DNA of 56,675 nucleotides, filler included, from Asterionella formosa (lineage: Eukaryota), in NCBI GenBank assembly GCA_002256025.1. It is 5 parts of 5 records of this genome, joined end to end, with 100 filler letters (N's around TTAATTAATTAA, not from the genome) between each part and the next. Parts side by side here need not be neighbours in the genome. Positions count along the whole stretch, not along the records: positions 34,077 to 45,326 come from NKIB01008679.1; positions 45,427 to 56,675 come from NKIB01008680.1; 3 more parts are not named here. One strand, given 5' to 3'. Below the pieces are notes generated by a model, which made no database searches, was not told the origin of the DNA, and saw only the letters and a list, made by a program, of their open reading frames with translations. This document shows, piece after piece, positions 42,561 to 55,512 of this stretch (position 1 is the stretch's first letter; each line of letters begins with the position of its first letter). Both the position numbers and the translations under genes were made by a program.

Positions 42561-43988
42561 AATCAAGGAAGAAGAGTTTGTAAGAGGCATGATGCTCCTA
42601 AAAATGAGTGAATATATTCATATAAATATATATCAAATGGACTATTCATTTAGCTGCACAATTGTAACTACATCGAAGCGACATTGTATTATGCTACTAT
42701 ATGAAATTTTATGGAACAGATTAATTTTGTTTTTTTTATTCTAGCCTACAGCTAATATTGAATCGATGTTTAAATTTTTTCCCAATGGTTGGCAGAAATT
42801 GAGTTTTTATATTTACATTTAGCTTGCCCTTGCCGCTTTGCCTAGGATCATATTTTGGATGCCAGGTGCAACATTTCACCACTGCTAATCAACTTTCTTG
42901 CCAACTTTCCATAGCTGATGGTTCCTTGGAATTCCGCCCTTAAATCCTTATAAATTCCGCAGTAATTGCCTTGGAATGGGTCATAAGTAGCGTCACAAAG
43001 GTGATAGGCATAAGCAGTGAAAGGTGTCATGATCTGGTGCAGGTGTTGGTGTGCCATTGGGAATATCATGGATATCTAAGCAAGGTTTCACTTGCAATGA
43101 ATTCATATTATAACTTTGATTTTGAAATGTGTCGCAAAACTATTGTGTCTAAGCAACGACTCATTCCTTTTACATAGCTATATAAGCAATGTTTAGACTA
43201 TACAAAATAACTGGAACAAAAATGGTCTAATCAGACATTCCTTTTATATATATAATGCATATCATAGCTACTATACAAAATAACTGGTACAAAAATGGTG
43301 TAGTCAGAGATGCTCTAGTCAAAAGCAAGTGAGAAGTGCAGCAGAATGCCAACAGCCAGCACAAACTGATGAGTTTTTTTGAAGGCTTTTTACGGTTAAC
43401 ACAACACAGCACTGTTGTTTCTCCTTTGCCAGTTGAATTTGCTTTCGAGGCCAGCAGTTTGCAAACCAGTCAGCAATTTAACAAAACAATGGTGAGTTTC
43501 TTCTCTTCAAGTGCCAGGATGTGTATTAGATTACCGGTATCTAGTTTCAGCCGGGGGGTGTATTATTTAATCTGGGTGCGAGAATGGTGAACATCTGTTG
43601 CCCACACTTTCTACTCATTTGCCACATTAAACAATACTGGTTGCTCTGTCGCTCATGTCCAAGGCTACAGAACCAGGGTACCGTTATACCTAGTATATTT
43701 TTTACATGGTGTAGTACCGTTAGCGTAATATATGATGCTGTGCGTATTTAGGACTGTATCAACGTACCTGGTACTCCAGCGTCTAGAATACCGGCACGCA
43801 TAACTGCGTTTTCGCGATCACATCTTGACTATTTTCGAATCGGAAAGTACATGATTCCGGGTATTAGTGATATTCTATATAACTCTATAATTATGTAATC
43901 TATTTCGACAGGGCTGAATTTTCTTCAATCAAGCCTTCTGTCGTGATCGACAAAAAATGTAGTGCAATATCGCCATGGCATTCCACGA

Positions 43989-44576
43989 TCAGTGCGCTTC
44001 CTCAAAATAGGTTGGATCGCAATGAACCGGATGAATAAGTTCTCCAGACTCAGTGCATTTGTACATGCCATCGTCTTCGGTAACCAGTCTCCAGTCCCAT
44101 CCTTCCGCAGCAAATTCCACGGCGTTTCGTTGGGCATTAGAATTGATTTCTTCAGCAGTCATCCACAGACGGTCTTTGACACGTTGAGAATACTCATCTC
44201 GGCGTGGAATCGGAACAACTACAACATCTTCCTGAAAGGTCAGTCGCCGTTCATTGGAATCCGTGGAGGAGTTGCAGGACGAGGAGCCGCCTGTTGCGGG
44301 AGGCAACTCAGCAGTTGTCCCCTGAAAAAAATTGAGGAAATTCCAGTTTTGTGGTTCTCGCTCTTCCTTATATTTGAGTGGTTCACTGGTAAGAATGACT
44401 TTGCCGAGAAGTGAGCCTCTGGATGGAAGTCGATCTTTCGGTTTCTCGCTACTTGCGATGTCGTCAATACCAAGCCTGTGAATGTAATTCGAACGTATTC
44501 TCAGGCTGGTAGTCATTTTCTGTTCCGCAACCTGGTTAGGCTCTGTTTGTGGTGTGTCAGCTGCAGATTGTTCCAT
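43989..44576 (-). CDS. Small conserved diatom-type protein with RVxF-like motif
   Basis: 195-aa intact ORF with NYIHRLGI, RRLTFQEDVVVVPIPRRDEYS, RNAVEFAAEGWDWR and ELIHPVH. Confidence 0.8.
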   Translation of the reverse strand: MEQSAADTPQTEPNQVAEQKMTTSLRIRSNYIHRLGIDDIASSEKPKDRLPSRGSLLGKVILTSEPLKYKEEREPQNWNFLNFFQGTTAELPPATGGSSSCNSSTDSNERRLTFQEDVVVVPIPRRDEYSQRVKDRLWMTAEEINSNAQRNAVEFAAEGWDWRLVTEDDGMYKCTESGELIHPVHCDPTYFEEAH

Positions 44577-45326
44577 TTCTTCGTGATGCTGTGTGAGGGA
44601 GACTATGGCAAGAAGTTAGCGCTGAAATTGGGTCAGGTGGGTCAGGGCGGAGAGTACTACAGTAACAGAAAATTGTGTTGCAACGGATGATCATGGGATA
44701 GCTATAATAGTGCTACTGGGACCAGTGGTACCAGTTCCGAATGTGGCATACCGGTAGTACGTGGTTAATCTGGTACCTGGTACCAGGTACCAGTCGTACA
44801 TGAAACGAAATACCTGTAGCCAAGGAGGCGAATTCTCTCAACGAGAATGCAAGATCAGTCATCTGGGAAGGAGGCTCGGAGTCGAAAACTCGCTCATCAG
44901 CATCATAAATATGTATGTACTCCTCCGCCATGGGGTGACGTACCCTGGTACCAGACTACCGGTACCAGGTAGGAGGAATTACTGGTATGACGAAGCAACT
45001 AGTTACTATATAATAAAATAGCAGACTGGGAACGCACCGGACACCAGTTGCACCGGGCGGTAGTATTTATTATTCATGTACAAGGACCTACGTCCGAGAT
45101 TCTGAAGCATTTACGTCAGCGACGATTCACATGTAATGTCCCCTAGAGAATGTATCGGTCCCATTTGTTACAGAGGAACTTCACATGCTACATAAGCCTG
45201 TACTTCCGGCAGGAAATTTGATGAGAAGCGATCAAACAAAAAAAGGATTTAATCTTGTTTGTTTTCTCGATTTTCACCACCAACAAATCAACCGATTGAA
45301 TGCAATTGCATCCCAGCATAAAGAAT

Positions 45327-45426
45327 NNNNNNNNNNNNNNNNNNNNNNNNNNNNNNNNNNNNNNNNNNNNTTAATTAATTAANNNNNNNNNNNNNNNNNN
45401 NNNNNNNNNNNNNNNNNNNNNNNNNN
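45327..45426. other. Artificial contig spacer
   Basis: N44-TTAATTAATTAA-N44. Confidence 0.97.
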
Positions 45427-48400
45427 TTAACATCAATAGAGCGACAAGTGGGTCTCTTCATTGTTGTTTGCTCCTGTAAAAGTCGGTGTCTGTGTCATCC
45501 TCATCAATAGAGGGACAATTGTCCTTCATCATTGCGGTTTGCCGCTGGAAAAATGGTACCCGTGGTATCGTCATTCGCTCGTTGGAACCACTGTCCGTTG
45601 CCTCAAACCTGATTAGCGTGTGTGTATGTGCACTGTCGACTTGTTTACATTACAGGAGTGACTTAGCTACTAAAGTGCATGTTATAATATCATACTCTGT
45701 AGTACAATGCAGAATACTACAGTACCCAATCATCTCTTCATGATTAATAAGATCATAATGTGATATCACGATAGGTTTACATCGATGCTTACATCACCAA
45801 AGTATGATACGTAATATTGAATAAAGTATATCACATAGCTATGATGCATTGATCATAGAACTGTGATGATTTCTTAAAAATTTTATGATATAATTTTGAT
45901 CAAAATATGATCATGTTAAAATAATACAATGACAATATAATACGATAAAATATGCACGCAAGTGTTATCGATACATCACAGAAAATGAATAAATAAATCA
46001 TAATTATGTTACTTAATATATAAATTCGACTTTTAATGTATACAGTAAAAGCCAACAGTTAATATGATAGCATTATACGGTGTATAGGATCTAAGTATAC
46101 GGATGCGTTGATATGTACATCACTATTATATGATTTGTGATATGGATTGATGCATATCACATACCGGTATCCTCAACAACCAGCCATCATGTTCATTGCC
46201 GTGTCGTTTTTCCGTGTTATAGCTGTGTTTATGCCGGCATGTGTATTGTGTAAACACTACGCTGGCGGAACATGCATATTACACTGCTGTGCTCTGTTCA
46301 ACAATTATTACACTCGGTTACCATCACACCAGCTGCACCTCCACAAGCGCCGCAAAAAGCTCCGCGTTTCCCTTCCACTGTTTTACATCATTGTCTTCTG
46401 GCCCTTTGACAACTTGCTTTCCAAATGGCATTTCATGGATTTCATGAAAAGGTTCAGTCAAACAAGAAATGTGACTTACTTCCATTGTTTTCACTACTAC
46501 ACGACTTTATGTTTTCGGAAAAGAAGATGAAGAAACTTATGAAATCAATCGAAGATTCCTTTGAATACACTCAAAGATCAAATGAATTTGAACAGATTCA
46601 CAATACTCCAGAAAAAATAATGAAGTATGCCAATCGTCACAATAGTGGCAGAGATTGAAAAGAAGGGAAGACTGCTTTCGAAGAGGAAACCCAAACAGTT
46701 TTTCTTCGCGGATGAAGACTCTATTCCTACAGAGTCACAGTTCCATCCAGTGTCGTATTTTACTCCTCATTCTCCCGAAATCGCTGATAATGAAGAAAAA
46801 CTCAGTGATTCTCATTCATTTGATGAACAAATTCATGCGATGAATGAAATATCGGCGGTAATATGGGAGACATCACTTCAGAAGTAGAAATGGTTGAAAA
46901 GTTGCAAAACCAAGAAATATATCTCACTATCCGTCCAGAACATCAAGATGAACATCATGAAAGCAGAGAAACTATTGCATTTCTAAAAGAAAAGTTATTC
47001 AAGAAAAAGTCCGAGCTAGATCAAGACCTCGAATTCAAGAAGATCAATGCAGACAGAGATGTGATGCTGGCTAAGGCAGCTCAGTTGATGCTCTGATTAG
47101 GGAACGAAGTCAGAAACACAAAATTGAATCTTTTTCCAAATCATACATGGAAGAAAAGAATTTCTCTGTAAAATCATCGAGAACAATCCCGAAGGCAGCT
47201 ACTAGCCTACTTTTGTGAAGAGTCAGCATGTGAAATGTGTAGAGTTGTTATGCCAAAGCAAACTGCATTTTCCTTGAGTTTGCCGAAAACTCATGGACAA
47301 CTAAAATTGTGGTAAGATTTGTACACACGTACCCCACAAGAAATATGCAATTACACCTCTGTATTGTATGGAGTCAAAGGTATCAAAAAATCACCTTCAG
47401 ATTTTAAAGATCTTGCATTTGGGACCTTGAAACAATTACTTTGCTCCATGATCCATTATATAATTCATGAACTTCATCCAACTGATGCAAAGGTCAGGGA
47501 CGAAACATAGTAATTATCCTTTTTTAATTGCTCCAATACCTCCTTGGGCTTCACTGGTTTCCTAGATTGAATAGAACCTGCCTTCTTGCGGTTTTAAGGC
47601 AGGCACAACAAACGCAGCGTACAGAATGTTGTTAAACTCAACCACACTCAGTTCAGTTGTATCGCTGCATATAGTAGTGTTGCCTTTCGCAAAAAACATA
47701 CGTTTATGAGCTTTTATTTCGGATGAACTTTTCAAGGAACGTATAGAGGCTAAACGAATGGAAGTATCGTTCGAGAAAATCACATTTCCCCAAAGAATTA
47801 CATTTCCCCAAAGAAATAATTTTCCAGGAACAGTAAATGAATTTGACCCATCCCCCTTCTCCCAGTTCACTTCAATCTAATCAAACCATTCTCGACCAGA
47901 GATCCCAGCTTTTGAATCATTATTCCATTTCGGATGACATCTCAAAAAAGTCTTTTGTCCTGCTGGAGCATTGGCGTGAATTTTGACATGGTAATAAAAA
48001 TCAATCCTAATGATGAGCCAAGTACATTACTTTAGCTGGTACATTATCCTACCAAGAAATTTAAATACAGGAACCTAAGAGAAACAATAAATATAATTAT
48101 TAAATTTACATAGTTAAAAGGATTCTTACTTTTTAAATTACGAGGGCTTATATCAAAATTATTAGATGATATAACGAAAATGATGCATCATAGGAAAATG
48201 ATTGTTTTTATTTGCAGACGATGCAATTTTTCCAACCTTCTTCTAAACTAATGTGGTGAACAAGCAGCCAGCAGTGCTGGACAAGGGGATTCTGGGAGGA
48301 TGACAGTGTTCTTGAGAAAGCACTACACAGCATAAGGAGTGCTGTTAATTGTCGTGGCATGCACACCAAGAAGCAGATTCACTAAAGGCCGTTCTTTTCT

Positions 48401-49963
48401 CATTCCGTCATTGGTCGTCATTGGTGTATCATCTCTGCAATATGATACAAAAATGGCGGTTTGGGTTATTTTTTGTATCACCAACGGTTTTTTGGGTCTT
48501 ATCACTGGTGTATCATGGGTGCATCACTGATTCAGTTTTTGGACCTTTGACCAAGAATGCTGTATCAGTGATACAGCCGTTGATCGCTTTCTATCACGTC
48601 CGTTGTGCGTCACTGATAAAATAACTGTAAACATGCCAGTGCCAACTATATAATATATTTTGTGGATGGTAAAATCAACATCAGCAACACAGCGCAACAT
48701 GAAAACAGCACTGGTGCAATCGATTGATCTAGTAGCTATGATGGTGACTATAATTTAAAGTCTAGTCTCACACTCCCACTTTTGCAAGCCCTTTTGTAAT
48801 ATGATAGTATTGTTGCAGTCGTGGTAGTCGCAGTCAAAGCTTTAGTCATTGCTGGAACAAATCAATAGTTCTATTTGCCTTCCTATAAATTGATGCATGT
48901 TCTTCTAGATTGTTGATTCGGAATTTCTAATGCAATTTTAAAGATACATCTATATTTCTTTTTCTACTGCATCGTTTATAAAATGATATATTATACCGCA
49001 AAGGCCCAGCAACTGGTTTGCCATTTTGATGGAGAAATGGCCAATTATCAACATGATAGTCAATGTGTTGACCAACAACATGTTGACAAGTCTCCTAGTG
49101 CTGGTACAACCTTGTACCAGCAGTAGCATGATGTATACACAGGCTCCATCACATGATATGATATTTGTTATTATATTCTGGTTATTTTTATTTAGGCTAT
49201 GCATATGCATATTACTCATGCTCAGATATATTTAGATGTTTGTAGCTGGTGGTCTGTCACTGAGAAAAGCAGAGCAGATGATATCATAGTAATGAGACAT
49301 TTGGGAGAAGCTCAGGCAGTGACAAGCAACCACTCTTGGTATGACTATACCAACCACCAGCATATGTTGGAGGGAACTTGCACAGGCAAATGAGCATCAT
49401 TAGATGGTGTGCCAAATAGTGCCAACAAAGAGTGTTTCAAAGTGTAGTTCGAGTAAATAAATAAATGAATATATGCATGATTGTCATATGAAACATCTGA
49501 TATGTATTAACCTACGGCTCGCTGAACAAAGAAAGACGTTGTTTTTTGTTTTCTACATATATTCATGTATGCCTAACGATTATATACATCCGCTTGATTT
49601 ACGACTGCATTCTAAAATTATACGCTTGTTTGATAGTAAATACCGTAGGAATTGAAGTGTCTATATGCCGCAATGTATATATAACATACTTCGAATGATT
49701 TCATTTGGCAATGACGGAAATTCACATTACCGGTACATTCATTGAAGACCCAAGAATCCATGTGAAAACCTCCTTCTGCCTATAGGGACACAACATCAAG
49801 CTCGATCTCCTCATTACGACCACGAACTCCAGAAAAAGGAAGGATAGAAACAGCACCATCAGCAGCAGCACGAATAGAAAAGGCAAAGCTGCAAGGAAAT
49901 TGAAACTTCCAACTAGACCAGTCAAAAACAAAGCCAGGACTACTATCTATCCAACAAACTAAA

Positions 49964-51669
49964 ATGGCGGCAGCGACTACACAATCTTCGCCCGACTATG
50001 GAGGGGATCCGGCAAGCCAATATGAACTTCAACACTCGCCGACTCGATCCGTTCCTCCTCGAGACGAATGGGATGATGAATTCGACAACGAGGACGATTT
50101 CGGCGAAATGTCTCTCACGGAACTCCTGTACAGTTCCTCCTCCTTTTACGCAATTGTCAAACCAGTCACACTCACGTTGATTCTAGCGGCACTGGCAGTA
50201 GTGTACATCAATGACGAGAGCTCGATTGCGTCTGGCCAACAGGCCATGACTCAGGCGTACACTGTGTGGAAGACAGATGCAGGAGAATCGGGAAGTAAAG
50301 TCATTGCCATTTCCTTGCTCAATTCACTTGTCATTGTAAGCTTCATTTGTGCCATTACATTCCTTATTGTACTGCTTTACAAATTCAAATGCATGACGTG
50401 TTTGATTGGATACATGATGTTCTCGAGTGCAACACTATTGGGAGTTTTGGGTGGGTCCATGGCCATGGTGGCAATCCAGGTCTTTGGATGGACGGTCGAT
50501 AAGGTGACGTTTTATTTGGGAATGGCCAACTTTGCTATTGTAGGAGTCATGGCAGTGTTTTGGGCACAGGGTATTCCGACCTATGTCTCACAAGGATACT
50601 TGATCGCAACCTCGGTGATTCTGGCGTGGCAACTGGTACGTGCCAAGGTCCAGAGAAGAACTAGTAAACGTAGTGCATTTGTTTTAAAGGCAACACTCAA
50701 TTGTTTTGATTTCCTCCCCTTTTACAGTCGCACTTTGATGATGTTACAGCATGGTGTTTGCTAATCATGTTGGCGCTTTACGATTTATGTGCTGTCTTGA
50801 CTCCTTGTGGTCCCCTCAAAGCATTGGTCCATTTAATGTCAGAAGAAGACTCACCAGAAATGCCTGGGTTGCTGTATGAAGCGGAGCTGCCAACCGAAGC
50901 GAGACGACCTGGTATTCCTCAACGAGGCAGATCAGATCTTCAACAAAATCCTACTACAGTATCCGAGAACGAGTCAGCCGGAGATTCTTTTATTGGTGAC
51001 AATCGATCCACCCTACCTGGTGCTGACGTGTCTGTCGCAGTGTCATCACACGCGGGTAATGTAGTAGCAGAAGGTCCCTTGGTGAGTATCCCCCTTGCCA
51101 TTGCCCTTGTCTACAACTTGCCCATTGTCGACTTTTCAACACCAGTTACCAACCCCGATGCGGCACGAGTTTCGGGTGTACCCTTGCTGGAAGAAATACC
51201 AGAGAATCCAACACCACAACAACTACGAACTATTGTGACTGTCCGCCTTCCTGCCATGGGTGGTCGTATTGAACGACAGGGACGTGGCAAGGTGTATTTG
51301 GAACGTGATCGATTCGGAACCCCCAAACGGACGTTATGGGTTGATCGACAGGGGAAGGTATTGACTGAATCCACTGAAGAGGACGATGAAAAGAAATCTT
51401 CCAATTCCATTCGGTTGGGACTTGGTGATTTCATTTTCTATTCTGTCTTGGTATCCAAGGCGGCTCAATATTCTTTCACAACTTTTGCTGCATGTACGCT
51501 TGTCATTCTGTCAGGATTGGGAGGAACCTTGGTATTATTAAGTGTCTATCATCATGCACTGCCGGCCTTGCCAATTAGTATCTTTTTGGGTGTTGCCTTT
51601 TATATTCTTACCAGGGCATTCGTGGAACCATGGATTGAAGCTGTCATGTCGACACCACTCTATGTGTAA
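49964..51669 (+). CDS. PSEN: Presenilin (gamma-secretase catalytic subunit), 2 exons 49964-50635 and 50728-51669, 537 aa
   Basis: A phase-0 intron GTACGT...TTTACAG (92 nt) joins the two ORFs. Has YDLCAVLTPCGPLK, RLGLGDFIFYSVLV, ALPALPISI and multiple TM helices. Confidence 0.95.
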
Positions 51670-52207
51670 AAAGGCATGGGGGAATATAGCCTAACAAATT
51701 TATGGTATTCCTTCTTATTGGAACGAAACAAGTGAGTTAAGCAACAGGACAAGGATGGTGCTTGGTTGGTGTAATATTAAAAAAAATGTTTTGGAAACAT
51801 GGTAGGTTCGTGACTGCATATACCGGTATGCACACATCTAGATTAATAGTGAAGAGACATTATGGTGAATAAAGGACTAGTCTACTTGGCAGAAACTGTA
51901 TATAATTGGTATGACCATTAATGGGATATGGTCAGCCTAAGGAACTGTATATTGGTAGAACAGTTCCAAATCCAACTACGACGTGGATACATGAGCGGCC
52001 TCTAATACTACCGGTAGTTCAACAAAATGTATGGCAAGATGATCAATGGGACCCAATTGGTACTTCCAACGATTACATGATGCTTCTGGTTCAATGCCAA
52101 TGGTTTATTGTTATTATATTGGCCATTCCTATTATTGCTGCTAGTGCTAAGCGAAGGATGGGAGTTATGGATGTCTCATCCCCTGTTTTTGGATGCATTT
52201 ACTTTAT

Positions 52208-52534
52208 TTACTCTTCCTTCTTGACAGTAACAATCAAAGGACCAACATTGTCGCCAGTCTTTTCATTATGTTTGGCATGTGACCCATCACATAGTGGAAA
52301 GGTACCTGATTGCCAGCAACGGCAATACACCTTCTTGGAAGGTGCAGTCAATGTTTCCATAGTAGCCACTTTGGCAGATTCCAAATCAATGGATTCATTG
52401 ATGCGGGTGTTCAAGAAGCGTTGCGTCAAAGCATGATGATGATGAGTGGTGGATGGACCAACCACCGTAAAGGCACATGTCATTCGAGTCGTAGCACAAA
52501 ACAGGACAGTAGCGATGGTAGATGTAGACTTCAT
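52208..52534 (-). CDS. CISD: CDGSH iron-sulfur (NEET-like) protein, probably plastid-targeted
   Basis: ATG 52534 [24 protein letters not shown], then [33 protein letters not shown]. Confidence 0.92.
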   Translation of the reverse strand: MKSTSTIATVLFCATTRMTCAFTVVGPSTTHHHHALTQRFLNTRINESIDLESAKVATMETLTAPSKKVYCRCWQSGTFPLCDGSHAKHNEKTGDNVGPLIVTVKKEE

Positions 52535-53556
52535 GATGGGGATGTAGGTGTTAATAAGAGATGAATAGTTTCTGTATGGACAAAACAAAGGCAGCTGTTG
52601 GTTTTTATGAAATGCATTGATCGATCTCCTTGCGCTCCTCCTGTGAATGAAGATTCCTACAGGTATTCGCTTCATGTGATCTCCTTACTACCTGGAGTAC
52701 CAGGGTATGATGTACTGTTTTACTTACTACCTATGGCTTGACCCCAACATCAGAACATATCTATCACCAGCACATACCAGTACACTGGTCTAACGGTATG
52801 TACGATGATATCTTTGATGTTGTTGCTAGCCTTCTCCAATCAACGAGATCTTTCACATCACTCAGCCACAGCATTTTCATAGGAGGTAGGTACATACGTA
52901 CGTGAGGATGTCAGGCGTACGTCATACAATAGATTCCATATACTCATATATGAATATATATATATATATTTTCATCGGTACATAAAAAGTACGTACAATT
53001 TCATAGATGTTGTGCCGTATGTAGTGGTATCATAGTAGAGCGTAATGAACTACCAGTTGGGGCCTGTACGGTTTATAGGTAAAAATCACCGTGTTCCACC
53101 AACCTGTCTGATCATTTCTACCAATGATGCACCATTAATTTCAATTCTGGAATAGATACCTGATCATTTGTACCAATGCACAATCAATTTCAGGTCTGCC
53201 ACTGACATTCAATTTTTGTTTTCTCCTGTTCCTTCAATGTAAGAACTATTTCTCGAAGTGTGTGGAATTCTGGTTGCTTTTTTGTTTCTTTTGTACTAAT
53301 GACAATGTCCCAAATTCGCTTCCATTCCTGTGTAACAGCAAGAATATTTGGTCCAAGGGCAAATGTTTGTGCAGAGGCCAGTAGTCCTGCTGTTATCCTT
53401 TCTTTGTGTCCTTGTTCAATGTGACCAACTGCTGTCTGCCTCCTTTCTCTTTCTAGCTTGGGCCTCGGTATACAAGGCCAACTCAGTGCTAGTACTATGA
53501 TACATACTACCAGGGCTAGTACCAGGGGAGTACCTGTTACCTGTTACCTGGTACCT

Positions 53557-55033
53557 TGTCAAGTATCTAACTAGAAGTAGTAGTATTTGTTGAATATATG
53601 AGCTTATTAATTAATCCTTATGTACAACTCATTTCCTGAACTGACATCAAAGTACTATAGAATGGGTGTTAGTCGAGTTCTCTCATTATTGAATTCCGAT
53701 ATACTTGATATAACCCTAACTCTATATACATCTGTATCGATGTGCAGGATTGCTCACTCTCCCACACTTGAGGGAAAACCTTTTACCTATGAAAAGGTTT
53801 GATACAACGAATATTAATTCGTTCTGTAATGTGCATAGTGCGTTGAAAAGTATCTGTACCATTGGCATGTACTTGAATAATACTAGTATAAGGACCTCGT
53901 CCACTATCATCCAAAGTAGTAGGATTATCCAATAATATTAAAATCTCGTCACCCACTTTGTAATCATAAGATCGACGACGGAAATTAGCACGACGTAAAC
54001 GTTTGTCAATTATCACTTGTCGACGTTGATATATTAATTGTAAATCTGTAATCAAAGGAATATTTAATATCATGATATCACGTTGAAAAACCCATGCTCC
54101 TGGTGAAATACGTAATATACTAAGAATAGTAGCACGAGCTGCATATGACGCAGCTGCAAAACATGTATCCACAATATTTTGGGCTTGAAATTCATTGATT
54201 GGAGGATGAGCCTTTAACATAACTCTTAGACTATTGCTGATAGATTGATGTAAACGTTCACAGATAGCATTTGCTTGTGGATTCTTTACTGTAGTAGTCA
54301 CATCTTTGATTCCATTCAATACTAACAGCCATGTGTAAGAAAGGAACACCAGTAAATTCACCTCCATTGTCATGTATACAACGTTCTGGATGGGGATATC
54401 TGGCTAACCAATCATTTTCAAATTTTATTGCAATATATTCTGATGTTTTATTGGTGATACGTGAAATTTCTGCTAAATTGGTGACTGTGTCAATACAAGT
54501 TAGAGCACGAAATTCAATCGTTTGAGCAGCCACTGTTATCTTCCATGGACCAATTAGATCTACTGCGACTTCTGACCATGGTAATAATAATGCATTCCTG
54601 GGTGGAAGTTCACCAAAACCAGTACCAGGTAATTTTGTACGTTGACATGCTTCACATACTCTTACAATATGTTCCACTCTTGCTTTTAATGTAGGGTGAT
54701 AAAAATGTGTAGCAATTGTAGCACTTAATCTTGTCATACCCACATGAGCTAACATCTGATGATACCAATTAATAATAGGATCCAATAATGATGTAGGAAT
54801 AGCAATACGCCAAGTATCTCCTGGATTCTTCACAAAACATATTAAAAATATGTCATGAAAATTGATTGAAGGAAATTTTAATGGATGTGTTTGTTGATTG
54901 AGAATCAATTGTATATTCAGCAATTGTCTATCATGTATTAAATTATAATCCAGAGGATATTGAATATTGTCTGTCAAGATGGGATGATTAAGGAAACATG
55001 TAAGCAAAGGTTCATCATCTAATTCAATTGAAA
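53557..55033 (-). mobile_element. Ty3/gypsy 3' part (integrase, PPT, 3' LTR), 5'-truncated, same family as 7636-11261
   Basis: HHCC zinc finger (YHQMLAH...CEACQ), VAVDLIGP, HDNGGEF, NAICERLH and a GPY module. PPT GTGTGGGAGAG. LTR 53557-53756 TG...CA. Frameshift near 54330. Confidence 0.95.
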
Positions 55034-55512
55034 TAACGATACACATGTAATAACTTTCTAGTGCTATTTCTATTCGCTAAAAGTTTCGGCGCGAGATTTG
55101 ACTATTCTACTAGTGTTTGGTCGATGCGGTGGGAAGAAATATGAAAAATTCGACTATTGATAAAAAATTTCTCAACCAAGTGACGTGTATTGAAATTTTC
55201 AACTGTGCAATTGGCTTTGGTATTTGGTCGATGCGGTGGCGATGCTCTTGGTGTATTTTGATACTGGTAGCTATGTACAGACACAGTATTCCTCCTACAT
55301 AGGAATTGCAATCTTGGCTGCAGGACTCAATCTACATATTATTTTAGAAAAAAATGAACACAAGAAGCATCGGCCGGACAGATCAAACACCTTTCTGTTT
55401 CAAAGAATCCAAAGATTGATCATCGAACATTCGACAGGCGACTTTACAAGATACAGTTGCACATGGGAACGCCCCTGCTCACCAGTATACTCCAATTGGT
55501 AATGAACATGGA

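Noticed and set aside
42848..43069. 73-aa ORF (DPFQGNYCGIY) as a relic of a retroelement ORF1
   Set aside because: Too short, with no supporting neighbouring domains.
46150..47900. Short ORFs that might be a decayed transposase or gene
   Set aside because: Looks formerly coding, but no motif was recognisable and no termini could be defined.
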